Below, one piece after another: positions 9,999-19,526 of a stretch of DNA of 64,000 bases. The stretch covers positions 1 through 64,000 of the forward strand of contig JAXLQJ010000011.1 of the NCBI GenBank assembly GCA_046331705.1. The letters run 5' to 3'. The stretch comes from a bacterium (GTDB taxonomy: Bacteria; JADJOY01). Position numbers and translations under genes: made by a program. The notes under the pieces are model-generated. The model saw only the letters and a program-made list of their open reading frames with translations. It had not been told where the DNA came from and did no database searches. The first letter of the stretch is position 1, and each line of letters opens with the position of its first letter.

Positions 9999-11405
9999 GC
10001 GTGATCGCCGCGTAGTCCTTCTTGCCGGAAGATTGTGCGGCAGCGCGATCATGCCATGCGCATGCACCACCGAGTGATGGATCTTGTAGAGGGCCACGAC
10101 GCGCTGCCGAGCCGTGGCCACGTCGGCGGGGTCGTCCGACTCGACGACGACGTGGAGGTCGTCGTCCTTGCCGACGCACGCGACCGGGCGCCCGAGCGCC
10201 GCCTCGAGCATCTTCTCGACGTCGTCCAGGTTGACGCGCAAGCCGAAGAGCTTCACGAACCGCGCGCGGCGACCCGTGACGTAGAAGAACCCCTCCGCGT
10301 CTCGATACCCGAGATCGCCGGTGCGGAGCCGGCCCGCGAGCTCGTCGCCATTCGCCAGCGCTTCCCGCGAATGCGCGTATCCGAGCATCACGTTGGGGCC
10401 CTCGTAGACCAGCTCGCCGACCTCGTGCGGGTCGAGCGCGTCGCCGGATTCCGACTCGATTCGAAGTCGTCCGCCGGGAATGGCGATCCCCACGGAGCCG
10501 AGCTTGTCGTGAATGCGCTCGCACGGGAGATACGAGATCCGCGCCGTGGCTTCCGTCTGTCCGTACATCACCACGAGGCGCAGCGCTCGGAGCCGCGCCA
10601 CCTCGGCGAGGCGCCGCATCTTGTCGGGAGGCATGCGTCCGCCCGCTTGCGTGAGCGTGCGCAACGACGGCAGCTGCATGCGCTCGAAGCGGAGCTTCTC
10701 GAGCAGCGCATACGAGAACGGGACGCCGGCGAACGACGTGCACTTGCGCGTCGTGAACGCCGACCAGAAGTCTTGCGTCACGACCGAGGCGTTGGTGCAC
10801 GCGAGGCTTGCGCCCGCGAGCAGATGGCTGTTCACGACCGACAGGCCGTACGAATAACTGAGTGGAAGGCTCGTGATCGCGGTCTCCTCCGGCGTGATCC
10901 CGAGGTACTCGACGATCGCTTCCGCGTTCGACTGGACGTTCCGATAGGACAGCCTGGCGAACTTCGGGCTGCCCGTGCTGCCGGACGTCGATAGCAGCAC
11001 CGCCGTGGCCGGATCGATGTGCGATTCGCAGGGCCGGAGGGCCCGCGCGATCGCGAGTCCAGCGACTGGCTCGATCGCCTCGTATCCCTCGGGCACCCGT
11101 TCGCGATCGACGTCGACGATCCATTCGGGCGCATAGAGCGTGATCAGCCGCGCCTTGAGCGACGCGTCCGTAGCGGCGTTGACGAGCATCACCGCGTGGC
11201 CCGCGCGCAGGCCCGCGAGGTACGCCGTCAGGCTGGGCACGCTGTTGTCGCCGAACAGCGTCAGCAATCGCTTGCCGTCCGAGCGAATGCGACGCTCGAC
11301 GGCCGTCACCTGCTCGAGGAGCTCGGCGTACGTCCGTGGGGCTTGCTCGGCCCCCTCCGTGAGGATGGCGCGCCCGTCGGCGCTACGCTCGAGCTCCCAG
11401 AACAT
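9985..11405 (-). CDS. AMP-binding (ANL) acyl-CoA/acyl-ACP ligase; apparent frameshift near 10032
   Basis: LSTSGSTGSPK, MYGQTEAT, RTGDLG, GRRARFVK; the conserved tail SSGKKDY lies in the adjacent frame and ends at TAG 9985; ATG overlaps the SDR stop (TGATG). Confidence 0.85.
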
Positions 11406-12148
11406 CAGATGAGCATGCCGCCGTCGACGCCGAGAATCTGGCCCGTCACGTAACTCGAGGCGTCGGACGCGAAGAAGAGCGCGGCGTTCGCGACGTCGTC
11501 CGGCGTCCCCACGCGCCCCATCCGTATGCTGCGAACCCGCTCCGCGGCGCTCTCCGGCGACACCGAGCGCGTCATGTCCGTGTCGATGACTCCCGGCGCG
11601 ATGGCGTTGACGCGGATGTTCGTGGCGGCGAGCTCCTTCGCAGTCGAGGTGGTGAGCCCGATGACGGCGGCCTTCGACGCACTGTAGACCGACTGGCCGG
11701 CGCTTCCGACGCGTCCGAGGATCGAGGTGAGATTGATGATCGAGCCGCCGCGATTCCGTGCCATGAGCCGCGCGCCGTATTGCATGTTGAGGATCACGCC
11801 GGTGACGTTCACCCGAAAGAGCCTCGCGATGTGATCGGGCGTGACCATGCCGAGGACGCTGTCCTCCAGGATCCCGGCATTGTTCACCAGCACGTCGAGC
11901 CGCTTGTATCGCTTGAAGATCGCCGCATGGGCGTCGCGGACCGCCTCGGGCGAGCCGACGTCGAACGGGAATGCATCCGGGGCGGCTGCGCCAACGGCCT
12001 GAAGCTCGGCCAGACGCTGCTCGAGAAGCTCGGAAGGCGCGTGCCCGTTCAGCAACACGGTCGCACCGTGCTGGGCCAACGAGCGCGCGATCGCCCAACC
12101 GATCCCGCGCGTGGAGCCCGTGACGAGCGCGATCTTACCCGTCAGCAT
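11405..12148 (-). CDS. SDR oxidoreductase, FabG-like 3-oxoacyl-ACP reductase (alternative start 12163)
   Basis: TGSTRGIG, VNNAG, YSASK, IRVNAIAPG.IDTDM, YVTGQ..VDGG. Confidence 0.92.
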   Translation of the reverse strand: MLTGKIALVTGSTRGIGWAIARSLAQHGATVLLNGHAPSELLEQRLAELQAVGAAAPDAFPFDVGSPEAVRDAHAAIFKRYKRLDVLVNNAGILEDSVLGMVTPDHIARLFRVNVTGVILNMQYGARLMARNRGGSIINLTSILGRVGSAGQSVYSASKAAVIGLTTSTAKELAATNIRVNAIAPGVIDTDMTRSVSPESAAERVRSIRMGRVGTPDDVANAALFFASDASSYVTGQILGVDGGMLI

Positions 12149-12386
12149 CGAATTCGATTCCATGCCGGCCGAGGATCTCCTTGGCTTTCGCCACGCTGCT
12201 CATCTCGATGACGTCGTTGGTCTCGAGCATGACGTCGAACTCGCGCTCGATCGCGGTGATCAGCGCCATGTGCGCCATCGAATCCCAACCCGGGTTGCCA
12301 TACGTCAACGTGTCCAGGTCTCGCGAGGCGGGGTCGAGCCCGAGACCTTCGGCGAACGCTCGCTGCAATCGCGCTGCATTGTCCAT
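12135..12386 (-). CDS. Acyl carrier protein
   Basis: 83 aa acidic protein with WDSMAHM phosphopantetheine Ser motif and IEREFDV. Confidence 0.88.
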   Translation of the reverse strand: MDNAARLQRAFAEGLGLDPASRDLDTLTYGNPGWDSMAHMALITAIEREFDVMLETNDVIEMSSVAKAKEILGRHGIEFDADG

Positions 12387-12670
12387 GTCGTTTCGACTCT
12401 CTCGTGAGCCCGCGCCACGCGACGCAGCATGGTCCATCGCGGAACGCCCGCAGTCTGGCTGCAGCGACGAGCACTGGGGAGAGCGCCGCGTGGCGCCAGC
12501 AGGACCCGTGATCGTGCTAAACACAGCTTCGCTGCGATCGTCACCGACGGGATTCGACGGTTGCCGGTGGTGTGGTCGGCAGCGGCGTCCTGCGCCGAGC
12601 CGGCCCATCGTGGGATGGATTCGCGGCGTCGCCCTCGTCGCAGCGCCCCCGACATCACCTCCGAGGCCCC

Positions 12671-13639
12671 ATGCTCTCCTACGTCCTCACCACCCGCAAC
12701 AAGCTCAAGAGCCTGCGGCTGCTCCTCGACGAGCTGGTGGCCGACCGGCGAGCGGACGAGGAGATCGTGGCGGTCGACGCGGGGAGCTCGGACGGAACGC
12801 AGGAGTACCTGAAGGAGCTTGCTGCCGCGGGGGCGATCTCGACGTGGGTCTCGGAACCCGACAAGGGCGAGTCGCACGGCTACAACAAGGCCCTGTTGCT
12901 CTCGCGCGGCGCCATCGTCAAGCCGATCACCGACGACGACGTGTTCGACTGGAGCGTGGTCCGCGCGTGCGCTCGATTCATGGCCGAGCACCCGGAGGTG
13001 GATGCGCTGGGCGGGAACATCGGGCGGGTCTCCACCACCGACGAGGGGCCGCTGGCGTTCGCCGCCGGCAACGAGGACACCTATCTACGGTACTGGCGCG
13101 GCGAGTGTCCGCGGGCGAGCTTCAACGGGATCCCGTTGATGTTGCGGCGATCGAGCTTGCCGCTCTTGGGTCTCTTCCACGTCGGCTGTCACGCGGTCGA
13201 CCACGAGTACACGCTGCGCATCACGGGTCTCGCGACGGTGGCGTGGTGCACGGCGATGGTCGGTGTCCACATCGAGAACGCGGGGAGCAAGCTCCAGACG
13301 GGTTCGCCCACCCGGGCGCTGGTCGCCGAGAAGCAGCGTCTCGACGACTTCTACGACTGGCATCCCGATCCGCCCCCCAAGCAGCCGGGTATCGTGGCGC
13401 GCTTGCGGGGCAGGCGACCGGCCGGGCAGTGGTACCAGGTGGATCCCGCCGAGCTTCCCGTCCACGTCCCGCCGCTGCCGGAGCGGGTTCCGTTCGAGAC
13501 GCGTTACGCCGAGGCTCGCGCCTGGCTGGCAGCCGAGAACGCCACGCGGGCGATCGAGTTCCTGGTGCCTCCGGGAAAGCGCCATCGGCTCGCGCCCACC
13601 GCCGGCACGGAATCGGTGAAAGACCCGATCGCTGGCTGA
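12671..13639 (+). CDS. Glycosyltransferase family 2
   Basis: VAVDAGSSDGT, SEPDKG, YNKA, TDDD (DxD). Confidence 0.85.
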   Translation: MLSYVLTTRNKLKSLRLLLDELVADRRADEEIVAVDAGSSDGTQEYLKELAAAGAISTWVSEPDKGESHGYNKALLLSRGAIVKPITDDDVFDWSVVRACARFMAEHPEVDALGGNIGRVSTTDEGPLAFAAGNEDTYLRYWRGECPRASFNGIPLMLRRSSLPLLGLFHVGCHAVDHEYTLRITGLATVAWCTAMVGVHIENAGSKLQTGSPTRALVAEKQRLDDFYDWHPDPPPKQPGIVARLRGRRPAGQWYQVDPAELPVHVPPLPERVPFETRYAEARAWLAAENATRAIEFLVPPGKRHRLAPTAGTESVKDPIAG

Positions 13640-13654
13640 CGATTCGAGCGCGCC

Positions 13655-14728
13655 GTGGCTTTCGACGACTCGCGCGTCTTCTTCGTCGGGCAGCGCATCA
13701 CCAACCACAGCGATCACTCCGGGTACGACCGGCTGATCGATCAGTTCCCCGGCAGCCGCGGCGTGGAGCCGCTCGCGTGGCTTCCGGCCAAGGTGCTGGT
13801 GCTGCAGGCGTACCGGCGGGTTCTGGATCGCCGCCGTCCGCTCTCGTGGTACTGCGGCCGGGACGCGTTGCGGGAAGCCGCGGTGGCGATCGAGCGTGTT
13901 CGGCGTCGCGGTTCCGTTTTCCATTTCTTCTATGCCGAGAGCAGTCTCTGGCTCACGTCCGCCGTGCACCGCGGTCGGCGGAACCGGATCGTGGCGTCGT
14001 TCCACGGCCCCCCGAGCGTGCTCCACGCCATCGAGCATCGTCGCTTCGTGCGGAATCTCGACGCGGCCATCGCCCTCGGCCGGCGGCAGCGCGCGTTCCT
14101 CGCCGAGCGGATCGGCGACGAGCGAGCGCATTTCATTCCCTACGGCGTGGATGCGAGCTACTTCACGCCCGCCGACGGCGATGGCGAACGGGCGCCAGCG
14201 GAACGCCCACGACTGCTCTTCGTGGGTCATTACCTGCGCGATTTCCAGACCCTCGAGGGCGTGGTGCGTGCGCTCCTCGAGCGCGCGCCGGCGGCGCGGC
14301 GCCCCGAGATCACGCTGGTCACGGATGCCGCGAGCGTCCCGAACGTGAGCGCGCTGGCTGGTGTCCGGGTGGCGACCGGTCTCCCCGAGGTGGAGCTGCG
14401 GGCGCTCTATCGTCAGGCGGATCTGCTGCTGCTGCCGCTCGCCGATTGTGTCGCGAACACCGCGATCCTCGAATCGCTCGCCTGCGGGACACCCGTCGTC
14501 GCCAGCGACGTGGGCGACGTGGGCGATTACGTGACGGCGGATTGCGGCCGCCTGGTGCCGGGCAGCGCCATCGATGCGTGGCTGGAGGCGATCGAGACGC
14601 TGCTCACCGATCGCGCGCTGCTGTTGCGGATGCGCGCCTCGGCGCGGGCGCGCGGCGAGGCGCTGTCCTGGGTCTCGGTGGGGGCCCAGGTCCGCTCGCT
14701 CTACGAGTCGCTCTTCACTGGCGCCTGA
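13655..14728 (+). CDS. Glycosyltransferase family 4 (GT-B)
   Basis: IPYGVD..F, LLFVG, LYRQAD, ILESLACGTPVVASDVG. Confidence 0.87.
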   Translation: MAFDDSRVFFVGQRITNHSDHSGYDRLIDQFPGSRGVEPLAWLPAKVLVLQAYRRVLDRRRPLSWYCGRDALREAAVAIERVRRRGSVFHFFYAESSLWLTSAVHRGRRNRIVASFHGPPSVLHAIEHRRFVRNLDAAIALGRRQRAFLAERIGDERAHFIPYGVDASYFTPADGDGERAPAERPRLLFVGHYLRDFQTLEGVVRALLERAPAARRPEITLVTDAASVPNVSALAGVRVATGLPEVELRALYRQADLLLLPLADCVANTAILESLACGTPVVASDVGDVGDYVTADCGRLVPGSAIDAWLEAIETLLTDRALLLRMRASARARGEALSWVSVGAQVRSLYESLFTGA

Positions 14729-15768
14729 TGGGTCGAGCCGATCCACGTGCGCGCGAGCGCCTCGGTGTAGGCCGGCGCCCGCGAGGCGGCGAGGTGCCAG
14801 AGGTCCGGAAAGTCGTCGTCTGGGAACGAGGCGACGGGATCGAGCACGGTGAGTCCACGCGCGCGAGCCCACCGCTGGAAGCCGGCGCGGGCCGCCGGCA
14901 GGTCGTAGGCGCGCCGGAACACGTTTGCGAGCGGAGTCTCGAAGAACACGACGTCGCCACCAGCCGCCTGGACCATCGACACGAGGTCGGCGAGCACTTG
15001 CCGATCCCAGTCCACCAGGTAATCCGCCTCGCGCACTTGCTCGGCCGCGTGCTGCGCGAGGGCGCGCGCCCGCGCGACGCTCTCGTCGCGCTGATCGATG
15101 CCGCCCGTTGCGCGCAGATCCGCGCCGGCTTTCGCGACGGACGCCGGTTCCAGGGGCTCGAGGCGTTTCACGACGTCGGTCTCGAGGAGGTCGAGAAACC
15201 GTTGCCGCAACGCCTCGCGTCGCGTGAGCAGCTGAATCGGGTCCAGGAAATGCCGAAGCGTGATCTGGGCCTTGGTCTCCGCGGGCTCGCCCGATCGCCA
15301 CAGCGCGGGTAGATCGCGCGTCCGCACCACGTCGAGGAGGATCTGGGGTTGGTCGGGGTGTACCCAGCCGGCACCGCGCCAGGTCGCCGGGGCGGGCACG
15401 CCGCCGGTCAGCTCGACGAAGCAATGGAAGGGTGCGCCGGTGGAGGTGCGACTCGCGAGCCAGTTGCGGACTCCGAGCGTGTGCTCGATCGGCGTCGAGT
15501 AGCCCTGGCCGAGGTTCCGCACGCGCGCCGGCTTGCCGGTCAGCTCGGCGATCGTGCGACGGAAGGTCGCGGAGTCCACTGCGGCAGCGACGCGCGAGGA
15601 ACCGAGGAACAGCACCTCGGCCGGCTTGCCTTCGAGGCCGTGGTACCACTCGGTGTGCGGCGGCAACGCGCGCCGGGCGATGGATTCGGCACCCGCGAAG
15701 CCGAGGAGCGGCACGAGCAGCCACAGCGCTCGGGACAGCCGCGCTCGCCGTTCGGTGCTCGACCTCAT
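14701..15768 (-). CDS. Membrane-anchored SGNH-like protein, probable periplasmic partner of the MBOAT
   Basis: N-terminal TM segment, FLGSSR block and C-terminal DLWHL (DxxH); directly downstream of MBOAT. Confidence 0.6.
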   Translation of the reverse strand: MRSSTERRARLSRALWLLVPLLGFAGAESIARRALPPHTEWYHGLEGKPAEVLFLGSSRVAAAVDSATFRRTIAELTGKPARVRNLGQGYSTPIEHTLGVRNWLASRTSTGAPFHCFVELTGGVPAPATWRGAGWVHPDQPQILLDVVRTRDLPALWRSGEPAETKAQITLRHFLDPIQLLTRREALRQRFLDLLETDVVKRLEPLEPASVAKAGADLRATGGIDQRDESVARARALAQHAAEQVREADYLVDWDRQVLADLVSMVQAAGGDVVFFETPLANVFRRAYDLPAARAGFQRWARARGLTVLDPVASFPDDDFPDLWHLAASRAPAYTEALARTWIGSTHQAPVKSDS

Positions 15769-15793
15769 GGGGATGCGCCTCGCGACTCGCGGC

Positions 15794-17212
15794 TCAGAAT
15801 TGGAAGTAGATGAAGGAGCGCGCCGTGGGCGGCGCGAGCAGAACGATTCCCAGCAGCAGTGCCGTCACGAGCCACGGCCCGAGGCCGAGCCGCCACCCGG
15901 GGCGCTGGCGTGGGTCATCGAGGCCTCCCGACCAGAGCTCGACGCACCACAGGATGCCGCCCAGCGCCACCACCGCGGCGAACGCCTGGCACGTCGGAAG
16001 ATCCCAGCCGAGGCCGGAGAAGACCCCGGTCAGGATGTCGCTCGCCTGGGAGACGCTCGATGAGCGGAAGAAGAGCCAGCCCAAGCACGCCGCGTGGAAC
16101 ATGAAGAACGCGGAGACTCTCGATCGGATCGAATGGCGCGGGGGAGCGGGGCGATCCGGATGGCGCTCGGTCCACCAGCGATGGACCACCAGCAACACGC
16201 CGTGGTACGTGCCCCAGAGCACGAAGGTCCACGCGGCTCCATGCCAGAGGCCGCCGAGCACCATCGTGAGGAGCAGGTTGCGGTAGGTGCGCGCGCGGCC
16301 GTGCCGATTGCCGCCGAGCGGCACGTACAGATAGTCGCGCAGCCAGCTCGACAGGCTGATGTGCCAGCGCCGCCAGAACTCGCTCGGATTGCGGGCGATG
16401 TAGGGCAGCCGGAAGTTCGCCTGGAGGTCGAAGCCGAGCCACCGCGCGAGGCCGCGCGCGATGTCGGTGTAGCCGCTGAAGTCGCCGTAGATCTGGAACG
16501 CGAAGGCGTAGATGGCGACCAGGCAGGCCAGCCCGCGCGGTGGGCTCGCGGCGTTGAACGCGGTGTCGACGTAACCGGCGAGGTTGTCGGCGATCACCAT
16601 CTTCTTGAAGTAGCCCCACAGGATCAGCCAGCCGCCCTCGACCCAGTCGTCGCGCGTGCGGACGCGCGGCTTCTGCACCTGGGGCAGCAGCCAGCTGGCG
16701 CGCTCGATGGGGCCGGCGACGAGCTGCGGGAAGAACGCGACGAAGATCGCGTAGTCGAGGAAATCGTCCGTGGGCTCGAGCTCACCGCGATAGATGTCGA
16801 TGGTGTAGCTCAGGCTCTGGAACGTATAGAAAGAAACACCTACCGGCAGGATGACCTCGAGGCCGCGCATCGCTCCCGGCGAGCCCCCCAGCGCCTCGAT
16901 CAGCACCCGGGCGTTCTCGATGAAGAAGTTCGAGTACTTGAAGAACGCGAGAATGCCGAGATTCACGGCGACGCTCATCACCAGCAGGCTGCGTCGCCGT
17001 GCGAGGTCTCGGGCCTTGGCGAGCGCCAGGCCCAGCTCGAAGTCGATGACGGTGGACGCCAGCAGCAAGAACAGGAACCGGTAGTCCCAGGCGCCATAGA
17101 AGACGTAGCTCGCGACCAGCAGCAGCACGTTCTGCCCGCGCCGGCCGAGGGGGGCGTGCAGCGCCAGGACGATCAGCAGGAAGGGCGCGAAGATCCAGGA
17201 GTTGAAGAGCAC
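15794..17212 (-). CDS. MBOAT family O-acyltransferase (AlgI/DltB-like)
   Basis: MLFNS, LPVGVSFYTFQ, FFPQLVAGPIER, QIYGDFSGYTD, FWRRWHISLSSWLRDY, GLWHGA. Confidence 0.95.
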   Translation of the reverse strand: MLFNSWIFAPFLLIVLALHAPLGRRGQNVLLLVASYVFYGAWDYRFLFLLLASTVIDFELGLALAKARDLARRRSLLVMSVAVNLGILAFFKYSNFFIENARVLIEALGGSPGAMRGLEVILPVGVSFYTFQSLSYTIDIYRGELEPTDDFLDYAIFVAFFPQLVAGPIERASWLLPQVQKPRVRTRDDWVEGGWLILWGYFKKMVIADNLAGYVDTAFNAASPPRGLACLVAIYAFAFQIYGDFSGYTDIARGLARWLGFDLQANFRLPYIARNPSEFWRRWHISLSSWLRDYLYVPLGGNRHGRARTYRNLLLTMVLGGLWHGAAWTFVLWGTYHGVLLVVHRWWTERHPDRPAPPRHSIRSRVSAFFMFHAACLGWLFFRSSSVSQASDILTGVFSGLGWDLPTCQAFAAVVALGGILWCVELWSGGLDDPRQRPGWRLGLGPWLVTALLLGIVLLAPPTARSFIYFQF

Positions 17213-17490
17213 GTCGATGTCCCGTTCACCGGTTCCGCGCGAGCTGCCCGCGTCGTGGGTCGCGACGGCGACCGCGAGCGATCGAGCGCGCGCGCCAGCC
17301 CGCGAACGGCCCCTGCGTCACGCCGCTTCGCAGCGCTCGGTGGGCGCGGTCGGCACGGGCGGCGGTCGCTCTCGTCGCTCCTCCGCCACCGCGGGAACGC
17401 CCGCGCGCGGCTTGGCTGGCGCGGGACTCTACAGGCGATCCGCGCGACTTTGAAGGCGTGTGACGGGCGGGCTTGCGGGGAAGCGGCGCG

Positions 17491-19287
17491 TCAATCCTCG
17501 TAGAGCGCGAGGTGGCGCTCCACCATGCGCTCGACCGAGAACTGCGCGGCGACCCATTCGCGGCCACGCGCGCCCATCGCGCGAGCGCGCCCTCGTTCGT
17601 GGGCCAGCTCCGCGAGCCGCTCGCCCATCCGCCGCACGTCACCGACGTCGCAGACGAACCCGGTCTCGCCGTCGCGGACCACCTCGGGCGCGCCGCCGCC
17701 ACGCGTGACGATCGCCGGAACCTCGAGAGCCTGTGCTTCCAGCGGGACGTTCGGGCAGCCCTCGAACTGGGACGGAAGCAAGCAGGCGTCGGCGGCTGCC
17801 AGATGGCGCTCCGGCTGGTCGAGACTGCCGAGCAGCTCGAGGTGCTGGCGCAGGCCGAGCTCCTCGCGCAGCGCGCGCACCGGCTCGTCCAGGCCACCGC
17901 TGCCGATGAGCAACGCGCGGATCGGCGCGCCGCTTCGGCGCGCGGCATGGATGGCGCGCACGAAGTCGGCGGGCCGCTTCTCGGTCGACAGTCGCAAGAT
18001 GCCCACGACCAGGAATGCGTCGTCGGCGATCCCCAGCGCGGCGCGCGCGGCCAGCCGGGACGCCGCGTCCAACGGTACCAGCTCGTGGATCGGCACGCCG
18101 TTCGGCACGACCGTGAAGCGCTCCGCCCGCACGCCGCACCAGCGCGCGTAATCGAGGGCGCCGGCCCGCGAGTTCGCGAGCAGCCGAACCGCCCGCCCGT
18201 GCGCCAGCAGCCGATAGCTCGCGCGGTGCCAGCGCCGAAAGAGCTGCGGGCTGTTCGTGGGATTGAGGCTGCGCGCGCTGGCGACGATCCGCGCCGCGCC
18301 GCCGAGAAGCCCGGCGCACGCTCCGACGATGTTGGCGTCGTCGAGCCAGCAGTGCACCACGGCCGGCCGCCGCTCGCGAACCAGCGCCAGGATCGGGACC
18401 ATCCAGAGGCTCGCCGGGTGCGCGCCGACGAGCTGCCGCTCGCCGGCGCGGAAGTCCCCGTCCGTGTCGGCGATCCACGCCAGGATCCGGCGGCGCGGCC
18501 AATCCGCGCCCGCCCAGATCACCTCGACACCCGCGTCCTCCAGCTGGGCGCGAAAGTGGCCGTCGTCGCCTTCCGGTGGCTCCGCGGTAGCGACGGTCAC
18601 GTGCCAGCCCCGGCGCCGCGTCTCGTTCGCGAGGTAGACGAGCTGGCGCTGGGCACCGCCCGCGTTGAGCGCGCCGATGTAATGAACGACGCGTCGTCGG
18701 TCCGGCGAGGGCTCGAGGTTCGACGGCCCACCGCCCACCCCCGTGGCTCGCGCGGAACGCAGCGCGTGCACCAGCACGCGCCTGGCGCCGCGGACGCTGA
18801 CGAGCGGTGGGGTGAGGCGTGGCCCCGCAGCGCGGCGCAAGAACGCGCCGAACGCATCCGATCGCATGGCGCGCCGTCGCAGATCCATCCACGCCACCAG
18901 CGTCAGGGCCGCGAGCGGCGACGCCGAGAGCACCGCGCCGCCCGAGTGGGTGAAGTGGATGCGTCGCGCACCCACCGCGAGCGCCAGGACCACGTCGCGA
19001 AACTCGGCGGACTCGAGGTCGTGGACCAGCGCTTCCTCGATGCCGCGCGGACGGAGCTGGCGCACGGTCGACGCCGTGCGCGCCGAGGCGAGCGGCACCC
19101 AGGTGATCGCCGCCACGCCGGGGAGCCGTCGCGCGCGCGGCGCGATCAGCACGGCGCGCGCTGCCCCCACCAAGGGAGGCGGGCGCTCGCGAACCTCGCG
19201 CCAGATCACCAGCACGTCCGTCGCGCGGACCGCGACCTCGCTTCGCGACGCGTAGCGAAGATCGAGCCAGCGCTGGTCGCGACGCAT
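17491..19287 (-). CDS. Glycosyltransferase family 4 with extra N-terminal domain (paralog 1)
   Basis: HYIGALNAGGAQRQL, VHCWLD, LANS, VPNG, EKRP, EGCPNVPLE. Confidence 0.85.
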   Translation of the reverse strand: MRRDQRWLDLRYASRSEVAVRATDVLVIWREVRERPPPLVGAARAVLIAPRARRLPGVAAITWVPLASARTASTVRQLRPRGIEEALVHDLESAEFRDVVLALAVGARRIHFTHSGGAVLSASPLAALTLVAWMDLRRRAMRSDAFGAFLRRAAGPRLTPPLVSVRGARRVLVHALRSARATGVGGGPSNLEPSPDRRRVVHYIGALNAGGAQRQLVYLANETRRRGWHVTVATAEPPEGDDGHFRAQLEDAGVEVIWAGADWPRRRILAWIADTDGDFRAGERQLVGAHPASLWMVPILALVRERRPAVVHCWLDDANIVGACAGLLGGAARIVASARSLNPTNSPQLFRRWHRASYRLLAHGRAVRLLANSRAGALDYARWCGVRAERFTVVPNGVPIHELVPLDAASRLAARAALGIADDAFLVVGILRLSTEKRPADFVRAIHAARRSGAPIRALLIGSGGLDEPVRALREELGLRQHLELLGSLDQPERHLAAADACLLPSQFEGCPNVPLEAQALEVPAIVTRGGGAPEVVRDGETGFVCDVGDVRRMGERLAELAHERGRARAMGARGREWVAAQFSVERMVERHLALYED

Positions 19288-19526
19288 GTCAGCTCACCGC
19301 GCGCGAGTGTGCCGCGTCACCGCGGTGCGAGCGTGGCCGTTCCGCCCCGCGTCGCACCGGGTCGGCCGCGCCGCCGACGCGCTGCGCGGACGTCGGTCGC
19401 TTCGGGCACCGCGCGGTGCAGCGGAGCATCCCTCGCGATCCCGTCGCGGCGCGCCGCGGCCGAGCGAAGCGGGTGGTGTGGTCAGGGGCCGCGATGAGTG
19501 GTCCCGCGGGTTGGCTCGACCCGTGC

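Noticed and set aside
7635-12098. 1487-aa ORF as one NRPS-like megaenzyme
   Set aside because: The first 231 aa are an off-frame shadow of the SDR gene; the ligase-LuxE join depends on an apparent frameshift; no C or T domains
12181-15724. Long ORFs 12181..15312 (+) and 13085..15724 (-)
   Set aside because: Arg/Ala/Pro-rich shadow frames over genes with clear motifs, expected at high GC
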